NCBI GenBank assembly: GCA_963836235.1
Contig: CAWIIP010000005.1
Location: 192,001-256,000, forward strand
Direction: 5' to 3'
Source: an uncultured Pseudomonadota bacterium
Lineage (GTDB): Bacteria; Oederibacteriota; Muellerivitia; Muellerivitales; Muellerivitaceae
DNA: 64,000 nucleotides
In this document: positions 1 through 9,607 of the stretch, piece after piece
How the letters are laid out: every line of letters starts with the position of its first letter
Position numbering within the stretch: the first letter of the stretch is position 1
The notes under the pieces: model-generated
Told to the model about the DNA's origin: nothing
Database searches by the model: none
What the model saw: the letters and a program-made list of their open reading frames with translations, nothing else
Translations under genes and position numbers: made by a program

Positions 1-1047
1 CAAGCCGCTGAAAACCCAGCCCAACAAAACCTGGTGAGACTCAAAGGTCGGGAACGGAATGGTAAAAACGAAAAGAGCCTCAACGGTTCCCCACCCCAAT
101 GCCACCCAAAAGAAGAGAGGAATTTTTTCTCTCTTCCAATAAGCCAACCCTGCCCCCCAGAACAACAAAACCACGCCCAAAGGAGTCAAATCATTCCAGA
201 AATGGGAACCCATTTGCCTTGAGGTTTCAAGAATGGTGGAGGTTGATACCGTTCCGACATATTGTGAAAATTTCATGGCCAAAACATGGCGGACAAAGGC
301 CATCGGATGGGTCAAGTCGGCATAGGCTATGGCCGGATGCAAGGCGGACCGTAGCGGCAGATAGAGGGCCGTACTACGGCCCAACGCGAAAAAAGGAATC
401 AGTATTAGCAAACTTTTTACTGAAAGTTTTCGATAACGAAGCTTTTCCCAAATAAAGGCCAACCCTACAAAGGGCAAACCGAAAAATTGGGTTGGCCTGA
501 AAACTGTAGCCATCCCAAGGACAAAGAAAGCCAAGAGCCACTTACCTGATTTTTCCAAACTTAAGGCCCAAAGAAGAAACAGGCCTAACAAAAGGTGCAG
601 TGCATAAACCAAGGGGGTTAAGGAATAGCGCCACCAAGGCTGGCTTAGGCTCCAGGCAGCGGTGAGTAGGGTCAGCCACATTTTCAACTTAGGTGAAATC
701 TTATGATCAGCTGTTTCGATGACCCGCTCGGCTAACCGGCAGCTTAAAACCCAAAATAAAACCGCAGCCAAGGCTGAACAAACGGTAGACAAAAAACCCA
801 GCCGGTAGGCCGGCGTTCCGAAAGGAAGTAAAAGAAAAATCTTGCCCAGAAGGTGGAACAACACCTGGCCCGAGGGATGGGAAATGCCCAGGCAAACCGT
901 CGCGCCCACCATTTCACCGGAATCGTACCAACCGATATAAGGGGAGATCAAAAAAGAATTGAGAAGGACCAGCACGCAAAAAAAAACCGACACCCAAACC
1001 CAATCCATCCTTAAGCCGTTCTGGATATTCGTTTTCTTCGCCCTCAA
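1..1047 (-). CDS. DUF2723 / TMEM260-like GT-C membrane glycosyltransferase (3' end runs off window)
   Basis: Not in the ORF track because it is open at the edge. Manual translation gives ...ISPYIGWYDSGEMVGATVCLGISHPSGQVLFHLLGKIFLLLPFGTPAYRLG..., the DSGE and HPxG motifs of DUF2723, followed by many TM segments. Start is TTG 1047 (overlapping the upstream TGA) or ATG 1008. Confidence 0.75.
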   Translation of the reverse strand, partial: MRAKKTNIQNGLRMDWVWVSVFFCVLVLLNSFLISPYIGWYDSGEMVGATVCLGISHPSGQVLFHLLGKIFLLLPFGTPAYRLGFLSTVCSALAAVLFWVLSCRLAERVIETADHKISPKLKMWLTLLTAAWSLSQPWWRYSLTPLVYALHLLLGLFLLWALSLEKSGKWLLAFFVLGMATVFRPTQFFGLPFVGLAFIWEKLRYRKLSVKSLLILIPFFALGRSTALYLPLRSALHPAIAYADLTHPMAFVRHVLAMKFSQYVGTVSTSTILETSRQMGSHFWNDLTPLGVVLLFWGAGLAYWKREKIPLFFWVALGWGTVEALFVFTIPFPTFESHQVLLGWVFSGL

Positions 1048-3032
1048 GGACGACCCTGAAGCCGGTCAATATTGGGCTGGACTTGCCCCGAGGGATCGGG
1101 CAAGTTGAGGTCTTTCAACATGTCTCGGGCGTCCTCGAAGGCTTTCAGGGCGTTTTTCTTTCGGCCCAACGTCTCCAAAGCCTCGGCTTTGAGAAAATAT
1201 CCTGGGAGAAAATAAGGATATTGGTCGATCATTTTTTGGGCGGGCGCGATAGCTTCCTTGGCCCGCCCCATTTTCAAGAGGATGCGGGCTAGGTCGGCAT
1301 AACTGGTGGGCATTTCGGGACCTTTGGCCACCAATTGACTTTGTAAATCCAAGGCCTGTGACAATCGGCCCCGCTTGATAAGGCTTTGCACTTGATTAAC
1401 TTGGGGGTCAATGGCATAAGGAGAACATTGAATGGCCTTCTGGAAATAACTGTCCGCCAAACCAAAATGCTTTTCCCTTTCCTCTGGATTTTTAATCATC
1501 GAAGCTCTGGCGTCTTCAACGGCGCCTAAAGAATTCCAAGGGTCCATATCATTGGGCCGGAATATCAGGCTTTTACGGGCAAAAGTCTCGGCTCCATCCA
1601 AGTCCCCCGATTCTTGGTGACGGTTACTGTTGAAATCATAAATGCGGGCCATGTAATCCCGAAAGCCACCTATTCCCAATGTCCAGCCGATGAAAAAAAT
1701 GATCACAACCACAGAAACCATCAATGCTCTTCCTGAAAATTGGAAATTCACCCTTAAATCATCCTGCGCCCTCTTTTCGCGGTAAGCAAATGTCACAAAT
1801 CCCAACAATATCAAGCGGTGGGACCATTCATGAAAGGTGAAGTCCACCGTGTTGTGCAGGGTCTCGATTAAGACGAGATAAAAAGCCAGCTCCGCCGATT
1901 GAAGAGAGGACGTTGCATTTTGAAAGCTCGATGTTTTCCATGCGGCCACCGAAAACTCCCTTACGAAAGCCCAAATAAGTAAAAGAACGAGAAAAAGCGC
2001 CGGCAAACCGCATTCCGCTGCCACTTGCAAAAACTCATTATGGGCAAAGGGATTAAAGGTATTCCAAAGACCTGGCGGCCGGTAATAGGGATAAACAACG
2101 GGGTAGGTTCCGGGCCCGAATCCAAAAAGCGGCTGGGCCACCACCATCTTGAAACTACTGATCCAAACATCGATTCGGAAATAGGCCCGCGGATCACCTG
2201 TCTCAGCGCTGAGGATTCTGTTGACCATCATGGAAATGGAGGCCACCAGGAATAAAACAAATCCCCCAAAAACGAACCATTGTTTTCTCGTCCATTGGAA
2301 AATACGTTTTTCTACTTCACCCATATGAAGCAGCAAGTAAAGCACCACCACCAAAATCATGGAAGCCAAGGAACCCCGGCTCTCGGTCATTCCCCAGGCC
2401 AATAACAGAAAACCCAAACTGATCCAAGAGACGTTTTTACGGTTCAGTTTTTGGTGCGCGCCCCAAATCAAGGCTATGCCTAAAAATCCGGCGGCGATAT
2501 TCTGGTTGGGAAAAGAACCTTGGCGGGGAATGGTGACATCCACGAAATAAGGGATTCCCACCGCGTGTCCCACCGTCGTGAGAATCAACCAGCCGGCAGC
2601 CACCAAAGCCGTAAAATAAAAGACTTTCTCAAACCATGGATAAAGCCCAGGCCATTGTTTCCAAATCCATTGCAGGGAAAACCACCATAAAACAAGGGCC
2701 AAGAAACTCCGGTAGGCATAAAAGCTGTCGAAGGCTTCCTCGGAATTGATAACCGAGAGTAAAACCCATCCCGTCAAAAGCAAGAAAAGCAAATTAGAAA
2801 AATCCAGTGAAAAGGAGGAGGGGAATTCTCGATTAAAAAGGATTCGGCCCAGACATAGAAAAAAGACCGTGGTTGCGGCCAATCGCAAAACCAGATCTTG
2901 GGTTAACCAACTAGGCATGGAAGTGTTGTAAGGATAAGGAACCAGTGTCACCAGGGGAATAAGGGCTAAGAAAAGAAACCCCACCATGCGGCCGGTGGCA
3001 TCGGAAGGGAATTTCATCTGGTTTGGTCTCAT
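1044..3032 (-). CDS. O-antigen ligase (Wzy_C) family protein with C-terminal TPRs
   Basis: About 12 TM helices; motifs GSFPNQN, TESRGS, FGFGPGTY, AHNEFLQVAAECG; TPR-like helical C-terminus. Confidence 0.85.
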   Translation of the reverse strand: MRPNQMKFPSDATGRMVGFLFLALIPLVTLVPYPYNTSMPSWLTQDLVLRLAATTVFFLCLGRILFNREFPSSFSLDFSNLLFLLLTGWVLLSVINSEEAFDSFYAYRSFLALVLWWFSLQWIWKQWPGLYPWFEKVFYFTALVAAGWLILTTVGHAVGIPYFVDVTIPRQGSFPNQNIAAGFLGIALIWGAHQKLNRKNVSWISLGFLLLAWGMTESRGSLASMILVVVLYLLLHMGEVEKRIFQWTRKQWFVFGGFVLFLVASISMMVNRILSAETGDPRAYFRIDVWISSFKMVVAQPLFGFGPGTYPVVYPYYRPPGLWNTFNPFAHNEFLQVAAECGLPALFLVLLLIWAFVREFSVAAWKTSSFQNATSSLQSAELAFYLVLIETLHNTVDFTFHEWSHRLILLGFVTFAYREKRAQDDLRVNFQFSGRALMVSVVVIIFFIGWTLGIGGFRDYMARIYDFNSNRHQESGDLDGAETFARKSLIFRPNDMDPWNSLGAVEDARASMIKNPEEREKHFGLADSYFQKAIQCSPYAIDPQVNQVQSLIKRGRLSQALDLQSQLVAKGPEMPTSYADLARILLKMGRAKEAIAPAQKMIDQYPYFLPGYFLKAEALETLGRKKNALKAFEDARDMLKDLNLPDPSGQVQPNIDRLQGRP

Positions 3033-3088
3033 GCCGGTATTCTACTTCTTTTGAAAGCTCAATTCACCGGCAACCGAGCACTTTTGAT

Positions 3089-6000
3089 TTAAAATCCGAT
3101 CTGTGCCCCACCACCAAACTGGTTAGAGACAAGGTTGGCTCGTCCGAGTTCACCTTGATAATTCAGCGTCACGCTGAATTCCTTGGAGAAGGCAACTCCC
3201 AAGCCGGCTCCGGCTAGAACTCCATCCTGCCCTATGGGGGGACCCGCAACAGTAAAGCTGTCGCCCGCCCCAAACCCTGCCTGGAGAGTTCCGCCTTGAT
3301 AGTTGTATTCATGCTCCCAAGTCAGGGTGATCATCGGACTCAAATTCGTTGTCCCCCATTTCCATCGCCCATCCGCCCGGACCCCCAGTTGGCTCACCAG
3401 CGAATTCTCTTCTTGATTGGGAAAAGTTAAAGGTGTAAAAGACCCCTGTTCCGAAAAACCGTTGATGTTCACTTGAGTAAATTGGAGTGAGCCCAGCGGG
3501 CCTACCGACACTTTGCCTTGCTTCCATCCGTAACCCAGTTCCATTGCACCGCTTATTTCCTGACCCTGGGTCGTACCAGATGCCGTTCCAACATAGGCTG
3601 TCCGAAGGGTGTTGTATTGGTTCAAACCGCCTTCCACCAGGGCGTCGGCGTAAAAACCACCTGCGGAATAAAGGCCGTAAAGTCCTAATTGGCCTCCGTC
3701 CGCCGATAACGTTCCACCGCTATTCAAGGTGACACTGGTATGACCATAACCCGCCAACAGGCCAATGGCCGCGTGTTTGGACAAACGATAGTCGGCCCCC
3801 GCGCCAGTGAGTCCATAGGTGGCCACTTGATAGCCAGCGGCGTTGGAATTCCCCGCCACATTGAAGAAACCACCATTGCCGGAAACAAAACCACTCCAGT
3901 CGTCCCCACCTTTCGGTTGACCCATGGAGAATTCTGCGAACGGCGTCAAGTTACCTGCAAAAAGAGGCGATCCCGATTGGGAAAATCCAGGCAGGTTAAT
4001 CATCTGGTCTACATCCGCTTTCAATTGATACAACCTCTCATTCACCAAAGTCTCTTGAAAGCGGGCGCTCTCGAACCCTGCCTGGAAGAAGGATGAAAGT
4101 CCCTCGGGCGAGACCTGGTTTTCCGCCGTTTGAAGGGCTCCCCCGGACAACGCTCCTAATTGGGACATCATGCCCATCAGTTTGGGATTAAAAACATTGG
4201 AATCCAAATCCGCCCCAATGGCCTTTTGGTTAGGCGTGGAGCTCAAGGCTAAGAACGAAGGAACAATGGATTCTAGCTCAACCCCATTGTTGTAATAGAG
4301 GGGCAAGAGACGAATATCACCCAAATTTTCTTCAATCTGTTGAAAAGTCCCCATCAGGGTTCCGGAGGAAGAAAGCACGTAGATCAAATTTCCAAGCGGG
4401 GGCATAGTCAAGCCGCCGTAAGAATAAAGGTTTAAAGTGCCGTTTAAGCTGACATTCCCCTTCACACTTATTGTGTCGTAATAGGCTGCTTGTGAACCTC
4501 CCAACCCGAGACTCAAGGTTGCCCCCGGGCCTTGTCTGTAATTGTCCCAAATCAAAAGTGCAATAGGGGAACCTGCGCTTTCCAACGTGCCGCCGTTGAC
4601 TACCACTCCTCCTAATCCCAGCGCTTGTGCGTTGCCGAAAGCTAGTGCACCCGCTTCTAAAAGAGTGCCGCCCGTGTAACTATTGGCGCCCGATAGGGTT
4701 AAGGTACCTATCCCGATCTTCGACAAGGAACCACTGGTCCCGCCATCATTTCCCCCGTCCGCAATGATCCCCAAAAGGGAAGTGTTCAGGTTATTGGATC
4801 CTACCGTCAGGTTGTTCTCGCCCAAACTGACACTGCCCGAACCCTCAACGGAACCTACCGTAACCGAAGACTCGGTTTCACCGCTGATATCCAACGAACC
4901 CGTTCCGTTTAAGATGAACCTGGCCGTACCGCCGGAAGCGGAGGTGTAAAAGTCAATTTCTCCTCCATTATTAGTCGTGATCGTGGCGCTTCCAGCGGTG
5001 GAAATATCCATGAAATTAAGATGGCTATTATTGATAATAGAGGCTTCACCCGCCATTGAACTATTATAGAAATCGAGGCCAGAGTTATTAACGATAACGG
5101 CGTTGCCCGCCGTGGCGCTGTCGATGTAATTCAGGAGAGCGTTGTTAGTGACCGATCCCGAACCTAGGGAGCCCCCGGTGTCCACCCGCAAAAGGCCGAC
5201 GTTAATCAAAGTACCACCGACATAGGTGTTATTTCCTGATAGGGTGAGGGTCCCAACTCCTGTCTTTTGCAGGGTCTCGTCACCAAAAATATTACCAGAA
5301 AAATTCCCCGAAGAAATTTGTAACAAGGCCGTGCTTCCATTCACATTGAGATTCCCAAGACCTTCTAAATCTCCAATGGAGGCAAAGGCTTGGCCTTGTA
5401 CACCAGCAGCTCCATTAACGTCTCCCGCCCCCCCACTGCCTCCAGAACCCCCTACTATCACCAACGAAGTGGAGGAAGTCCCGATGAGGCTGACCGATCC
5501 TGCGTTAAAAGAAACATTTCCGCCATTGCCGCCCGTCCCTCCATTACCGCCGGAGTCTGCGTTGCCGCCGCTACCACCATTGCCCGCGTTAAGTTGTAAA
5601 TCCGCGCCGGAATTTAGGGTCAGGTTTCCCATCGTAACGGAAAGGCCCCCGCCCACCCCACCGGAACCACCTGTCGACCCGGTGGTGGAGTCACCCCCTG
5701 AACCACCTGAACCGCTTGAGAATTGAGTCGGACCACTGATGGAATAGGTTCCAATCGTCAGGGAAGTATTCCCTCCCTGTCCGCCCGCTCCGGGAGCACT
5801 TCCCGATCCCCCACTACCGCCATTTCCACTGATCAAATTAAAATTGGAACCCGATGCCATAGACAAGGAAACTAAAGACACTCCGGCGTTCCCGCCATTG
5901 CCGCCATTAGCCAACCCACCCAAGGCCGGTCCGGAACTGTTCCCTCCTTGGCCGCCTTTGACATTAAAAACGGTGGAACTGGAAAAAGTCAGGCCTCCCC

Positions 6001-7066
6001 CGGCCACGAAAGCACCTCCGCCATTTCCACCGGATAACCCGGAGTACGCGCCCGCACCGCCTTCCACGCCAAACAGCCCCGAATAAACCGTCAAAGACCC
6101 AACGGAAACGGAAGCATCGCCACCCGAACCGCCGAACGAAACACCATTTCCACCTAAGCCCCCCTGAGCGTCAAAATGTGAACCTCCTGAAATGTAGAGG
6201 GATCCCAAGACGGCGCCGGACTGGCCACCGGCCCCACCCGTAACGCCTGAGCCGCCCGCGCCTCCATTGAGGCCAAAATTACCGAATCCCAGCGAAATGG
6301 AACCATAAGATACGGAAGCTGAACCTCCATTACCGCCCGCGGGGGCGCCCGAACCTAGGTCGGTCGCGCTTCCCCCACTGCCCGCATTTAAAATCATTTG
6401 GGCCCCGGAAAAAGTCAGGGAGGTTCCCACGATTCCTACCGAACCACCGGTGCCACCGACATCCCCCATTCCATTGGTGTCAGTCACACTGCCACCCGTC
6501 CCCGCCGTGAGGATGGCGGAATCTTGGGCGGTCCAAAACCCAACCGTCACAAAAGCACTGCCGCCATTTTGACCAATAATCCCAAGGCCACCCGTGGCAA
6601 CCGTACTTCCGGCGTTTCCGCCATTAATATTAGTGTAAACGGTGGAGGCCATGTTCCAAGCCAGGGCCGTAACGGAAGCATCCAACCCCGCGCCAAAGCC
6701 GCCGTTGTTCTGGAAATTCAAATTATTCTGCTGGGTAAAACTGTTTTGAAATAAAAGTTGGGAGCCGGGATCATCTTGTCCGGCGAGATTAAGATCCGCG
6801 CCTTGAAAAGTTACATTAGGAGAAATCATGGATAAAGGCTGGGTCAGTGTAATGGGACCAACCGAGGGATCAAAGGAAATGGCGCCATCGCCCGAAGCGT
6901 TCAAAGTGGTAACGGCCCATCCCAACGAATTACTACTCTCATCACCCGCATTACTAGTAACATCGACCAAGGTTTGGGAGAAAAGGGGCGCGGCCAGCGA
7001 GCAAGGCCCTAACAGCATTGCCAAAAAAAGAAAAACCAGGCCATACTTCGAAAAACGTTTTTTCAC
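3089..7066 (-). CDS. Autotransporter with Gly-rich passenger
   Basis: Signal peptide; GGxGGxGG repeats; two passenger-associated transport repeats (LQKTGVGTLTLSGNNTYVGGT, LSKIGIGTLTLSGANSYTGGT); C-terminal beta-barrel ending in F. Confidence 0.88.
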   Translation of the reverse strand: MKKRFSKYGLVFLFLAMLLGPCSLAAPLFSQTLVDVTSNAGDESSNSLGWAVTTLNASGDGAISFDPSVGPITLTQPLSMISPNVTFQGADLNLAGQDDPGSQLLFQNSFTQQNNLNFQNNGGFGAGLDASVTALAWNMASTVYTNINGGNAGSTVATGGLGIIGQNGGSAFVTVGFWTAQDSAILTAGTGGSVTDTNGMGDVGGTGGSVGIVGTSLTFSGAQMILNAGSGGSATDLGSGAPAGGNGGSASVSYGSISLGFGNFGLNGGAGGSGVTGGAGGQSGAVLGSLYISGGSHFDAQGGLGGNGVSFGGSGGDASVSVGSLTVYSGLFGVEGGAGAYSGLSGGNGGGAFVAGGGLTFSSSTVFNVKGGQGGNSSGPALGGLANGGNGGNAGVSLVSLSMASGSNFNLISGNGGSGGSGSAPGAGGQGGNTSLTIGTYSISGPTQFSSGSGGSGGDSTTGSTGGSGGVGGGLSVTMGNLTLNSGADLQLNAGNGGSGGNADSGGNGGTGGNGGNVSFNAGSVSLIGTSSTSLVIVGGSGGSGGAGDVNGAAGVQGQAFASIGDLEGLGNLNVNGSTALLQISSGNFSGNIFGDETLQKTGVGTLTLSGNNTYVGGTLINVGLLRVDTGGSLGSGSVTNNALLNYIDSATAGNAVIVNNSGLDFYNSSMAGEASIINNSHLNFMDISTAGSATITTNNGGEIDFYTSASGGTARFILNGTGSLDISGETESSVTVGSVEGSGSVSLGENNLTVGSNNLNTSLLGIIADGGNDGGTSGSLSKIGIGTLTLSGANSYTGGTLLEAGALAFGNAQALGLGGVVVNGGTLESAGSPIALLIWDNYRQGPGATLSLGLGGSQAAYYDTISVKGNVSLNGTLNLYSYGGLTMPPLGNLIYVLSSSGTLMGTFQQIEENLGDIRLLPLYYNNGVELESIVPSFLALSSTPNQKAIGADLDSNVFNPKLMGMMSQLGALSGGALQTAENQVSPEGLSSFFQAGFESARFQETLVNERLYQLKADVDQMINLPGFSQSGSPLFAGNLTPFAEFSMGQPKGGDDWSGFVSGNGGFFNVAGNSNAAGYQVATYGLTGAGADYRLSKHAAIGLLAGYGHTSVTLNSGGTLSADGGQLGLYGLYSAGGFYADALVEGGLNQYNTLRTAYVGTASGTTQGQEISGAMELGYGWKQGKVSVGPLGSLQFTQVNINGFSEQGSFTPLTFPNQEENSLVSQLGVRADGRWKWGTTNLSPMITLTWEHEYNYQGGTLQAGFGAGDSFTVAGPPIGQDGVLAGAGLGVAFSKEFSVTLNYQGELGRANLVSNQFGGGAQIGF

Positions 7067-7152
7067 GAGAGGGCCTTTCGGTAGCGGATGTTCTAAGACC
7101 TTGCTATTTTACCCTTTCTTTTATCATTAGGAGAATCCGAAGGCATTTTTAT

Positions 7153-8316
7153 TTAGGTAGTTTTTAAGCGCTTAGTCGAGGTATTTTCATAAACCTTTTC
7201 GATTTCTTTCATCATTTCTTGGATCAAAAAAGTGCCCTTGAGGGCCCGGCGGCCCGCCTGGCCCATTTTCTTTGCCTGGTTAGGTTGGGAGAGAATTTTA
7301 AAGAGGCTTTCCGCCAACCCTTGATTGTCATGGGGTCGGTTTAAATAACCCGTAATTCCCTCTTGGACCGCCTCAGGTGTGCCGGAAACGGCCGTGGCAA
7401 CTACGGGTTTTCCGGCGGCCATGGCCTGTAAAACCACCCGGGGCAAGCCCTCATAGATAGAAGTCAAAAGAAGCGCGTCACTGGCCGCCAAAAGTTTGGC
7501 CACATCGTCCCGCCAGCCCAACATTTCAAAGTTCGGTTCCAAGTCCTTTTGCCCGATCAACCGCTGTGTTTTGGGGAGAAGTGGCCCGTCTCCGGCCCAT
7601 AAAAAAAGAACTTTTGGCAGTTTCATAGCTAAATAGCCCGCTACCTCCACCACGTCTAGGGGAGATTTCTGTTTTTTCAAATTGGAAAGCACCAACACCG
7701 TTGGCCGTCCCTGGGTTTTTAACAATTTGCGCTCTTTACGAGCTGCGGACGGAGCTAAGGAATATTCCTTGGGATTTATCCCGCTATGGATTACCTGATA
7801 TTGGTCTTTTTCGCCGATACGGGCGGCCAATCCGGCCTGCCGGTTTTCCTCGCTGACGGTGATCATCACGTTTGTAAATCGGACTGCCCAACGTTCCAGG
7901 GTTTGGTAAAGCCAGCGAATCAGGAAAAATTGCCCAGAATAGAATCCCCAACCATGGACCGTGTGGACAATATGGGGCACCCCCACTTTCTTCGCGGCCC
8001 AACGGCCCAGGATACCCGCCTTGGAACTATGGGTATGGACCAAATCGACTTTTTCGGACCAAAGAATACCGGTGATCCGGTGAAGCGCCTTCAGGTCCCA
8101 TAAAGGCCTTATGGGATGTTTCAATTCGGGGAGAAAATAGGTTTTGCAGTCCCTGATCTTCCGGGCTTCGCCATCCAAATAACCGCCGATTCCAGTAATT
8201 AGAATCACTTCATATTTTCGTCGGTCATGATGGGCACAGCAATAAAGGGTGTTCTGCTGGGCTCCCCCCAATTCCAGGCGTGTAATGATGTGGGCGACTT
8301 TCAAGTGCTTAGGCAT
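7153..8316 (-). CDS. Glycosyltransferase family 4
   Basis: GGAQ, HTHSSKAG, HTVHG and EGLPRVVLQAMAAGKPVVAT motifs. Confidence 0.92.
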   Translation of the reverse strand: MPKHLKVAHIITRLELGGAQQNTLYCCAHHDRRKYEVILITGIGGYLDGEARKIRDCKTYFLPELKHPIRPLWDLKALHRITGILWSEKVDLVHTHSSKAGILGRWAAKKVGVPHIVHTVHGWGFYSGQFFLIRWLYQTLERWAVRFTNVMITVSEENRQAGLAARIGEKDQYQVIHSGINPKEYSLAPSAARKERKLLKTQGRPTVLVLSNLKKQKSPLDVVEVAGYLAMKLPKVLFLWAGDGPLLPKTQRLIGQKDLEPNFEMLGWRDDVAKLLAASDALLLTSIYEGLPRVVLQAMAAGKPVVATAVSGTPEAVQEGITGYLNRPHDNQGLAESLFKILSQPNQAKKMGQAGRRALKGTFLIQEMMKEIEKVYENTSTKRLKTT

Positions 8317-8434
8317 TAGAAACTCCCGACTCTTTTAGCCGCAAGACAACAAGAGACTAAAGAAAGCTTGAACCCAAAAAAGCTTTTCTTTTTTGTACCT
8401 CGAGGTGACCTTGATGGTGAATATTTTTATGAGT

Positions 8435-9559
8435 TTATGCTTCTGGCGCCTCTGGAGAATGAGCGGTTTTCCCCGCCTTAGCCTTGCGGGCCGCTTTCTT
8501 CGCGGCTTTCTCATCGGCCTTAACTTCCGCTATGGCCGCCTCATCCACATCGGTGATGGGCTGCACCTGAGCCTTGATGGCCTGTTCATCATCCTCATTT
8601 TGGACGAATTTTTGCATCCATTCCCATTGACGCCCAAGCCCTTCCCTGAGGGTGGTCTTAGGTTTGCTCCCGAATATTTTTTCCAACTTGGTGGTGTCCG
8701 CCCGGGTTGAAAAAACATCGCCTTTCTGGCGCTCCAGGAAGGTCTTGGCGCAAGTCTTCCCACTGATTTCCTCCAGTATCGTCACCGCTTCCATCAATGT
8801 CGCGGGTGATCCTCCACCCACGTTCACGATTTGTCCCACGGCCGCTTCGGAAGTAACCGCCGCGGTAATGATCTCGGCCACGTCATCCACAAAAGTGAAA
8901 TCCCTCACCTGCTTGCCGTCACCATAAATGGTAAGGGCGGCATCATGCAGGATACTGTGAGAGAACCGGTTGAAAGCCATGTCGGGCCGCTGGCCGGGGC
9001 CATAAACCGAAAAGAAACGCAAGGATACGGTTGGCATCTTGTATTCCTGATGGTAAAGCTGGCATAAGTTTTCAGCCGCTAGTTTGGTGACTCCATAAGG
9101 ACTGCGGGGTTTGCACATCATTTCCTCGTGGAGAACCGCGATTTCCTCCCCCGGTTGGGGTTGGATGTCGCCGTAAACCGAGGATGAGGAGGCGTAAACA
9201 AAACGCTTCAGTTTATTGGACTTGGACTCCTCCAAAAGCTTCTGGGTCGTTTGGATATTGTTGGTGATATAGCGATGGAAAGAGGAACCCCAGGAGCCCC
9301 TCACTCCCGCTTGGGCCGCCAAATGGACGACTACTTCGGTCCCTTTGAGGACCTTGATCAAAGCCATAGTGGATAGGTTGTCCTCCACCAGTTTGAACTT
9401 GGGGTGCAAGAGAACGGGCATCAGGTTTTTCTCTTTTTGACTGCGCGAATAATAGACGTCAAAACTATCAACGCCCATGACTTCATGGCCTTCTTTTAAG
9501 AGCCTTTCCACCACATGGGAACCTATGAAACCGGCGGCGCCGGTGACAAGAATTTTCAT
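8435..9559 (-). CDS. NAD-dependent nucleotide-sugar epimerase (UDP-glucuronate 4-epimerase-like)
   Basis: TGAAGFIGSH, HLAAQAGVR, ASSSSVYG, YGVTK, GQRPDMAF. Confidence 0.92.
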   Translation of the reverse strand: MKILVTGAAGFIGSHVVERLLKEGHEVMGVDSFDVYYSRSQKEKNLMPVLLHPKFKLVEDNLSTMALIKVLKGTEVVVHLAAQAGVRGSWGSSFHRYITNNIQTTQKLLEESKSNKLKRFVYASSSSVYGDIQPQPGEEIAVLHEEMMCKPRSPYGVTKLAAENLCQLYHQEYKMPTVSLRFFSVYGPGQRPDMAFNRFSHSILHDAALTIYGDGKQVRDFTFVDDVAEIITAAVTSEAAVGQIVNVGGGSPATLMEAVTILEEISGKTCAKTFLERQKGDVFSTRADTTKLEKIFGSKPKTTLREGLGRQWEWMQKFVQNEDDEQAIKAQVQPITDVDEAAIAEVKADEKAAKKAARKAKAGKTAHSPEAPEA

Positions 9560-9607
9560 GAAAAAAATTCTCCTTTTTTATTCGGGATTATTTTAACCAC
9601 GGATGGG

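Noticed and set aside
99-455. Plus-strand ORFs at the window start
   Set aside because: They overlap the clear minus-strand DUF2723 frame.
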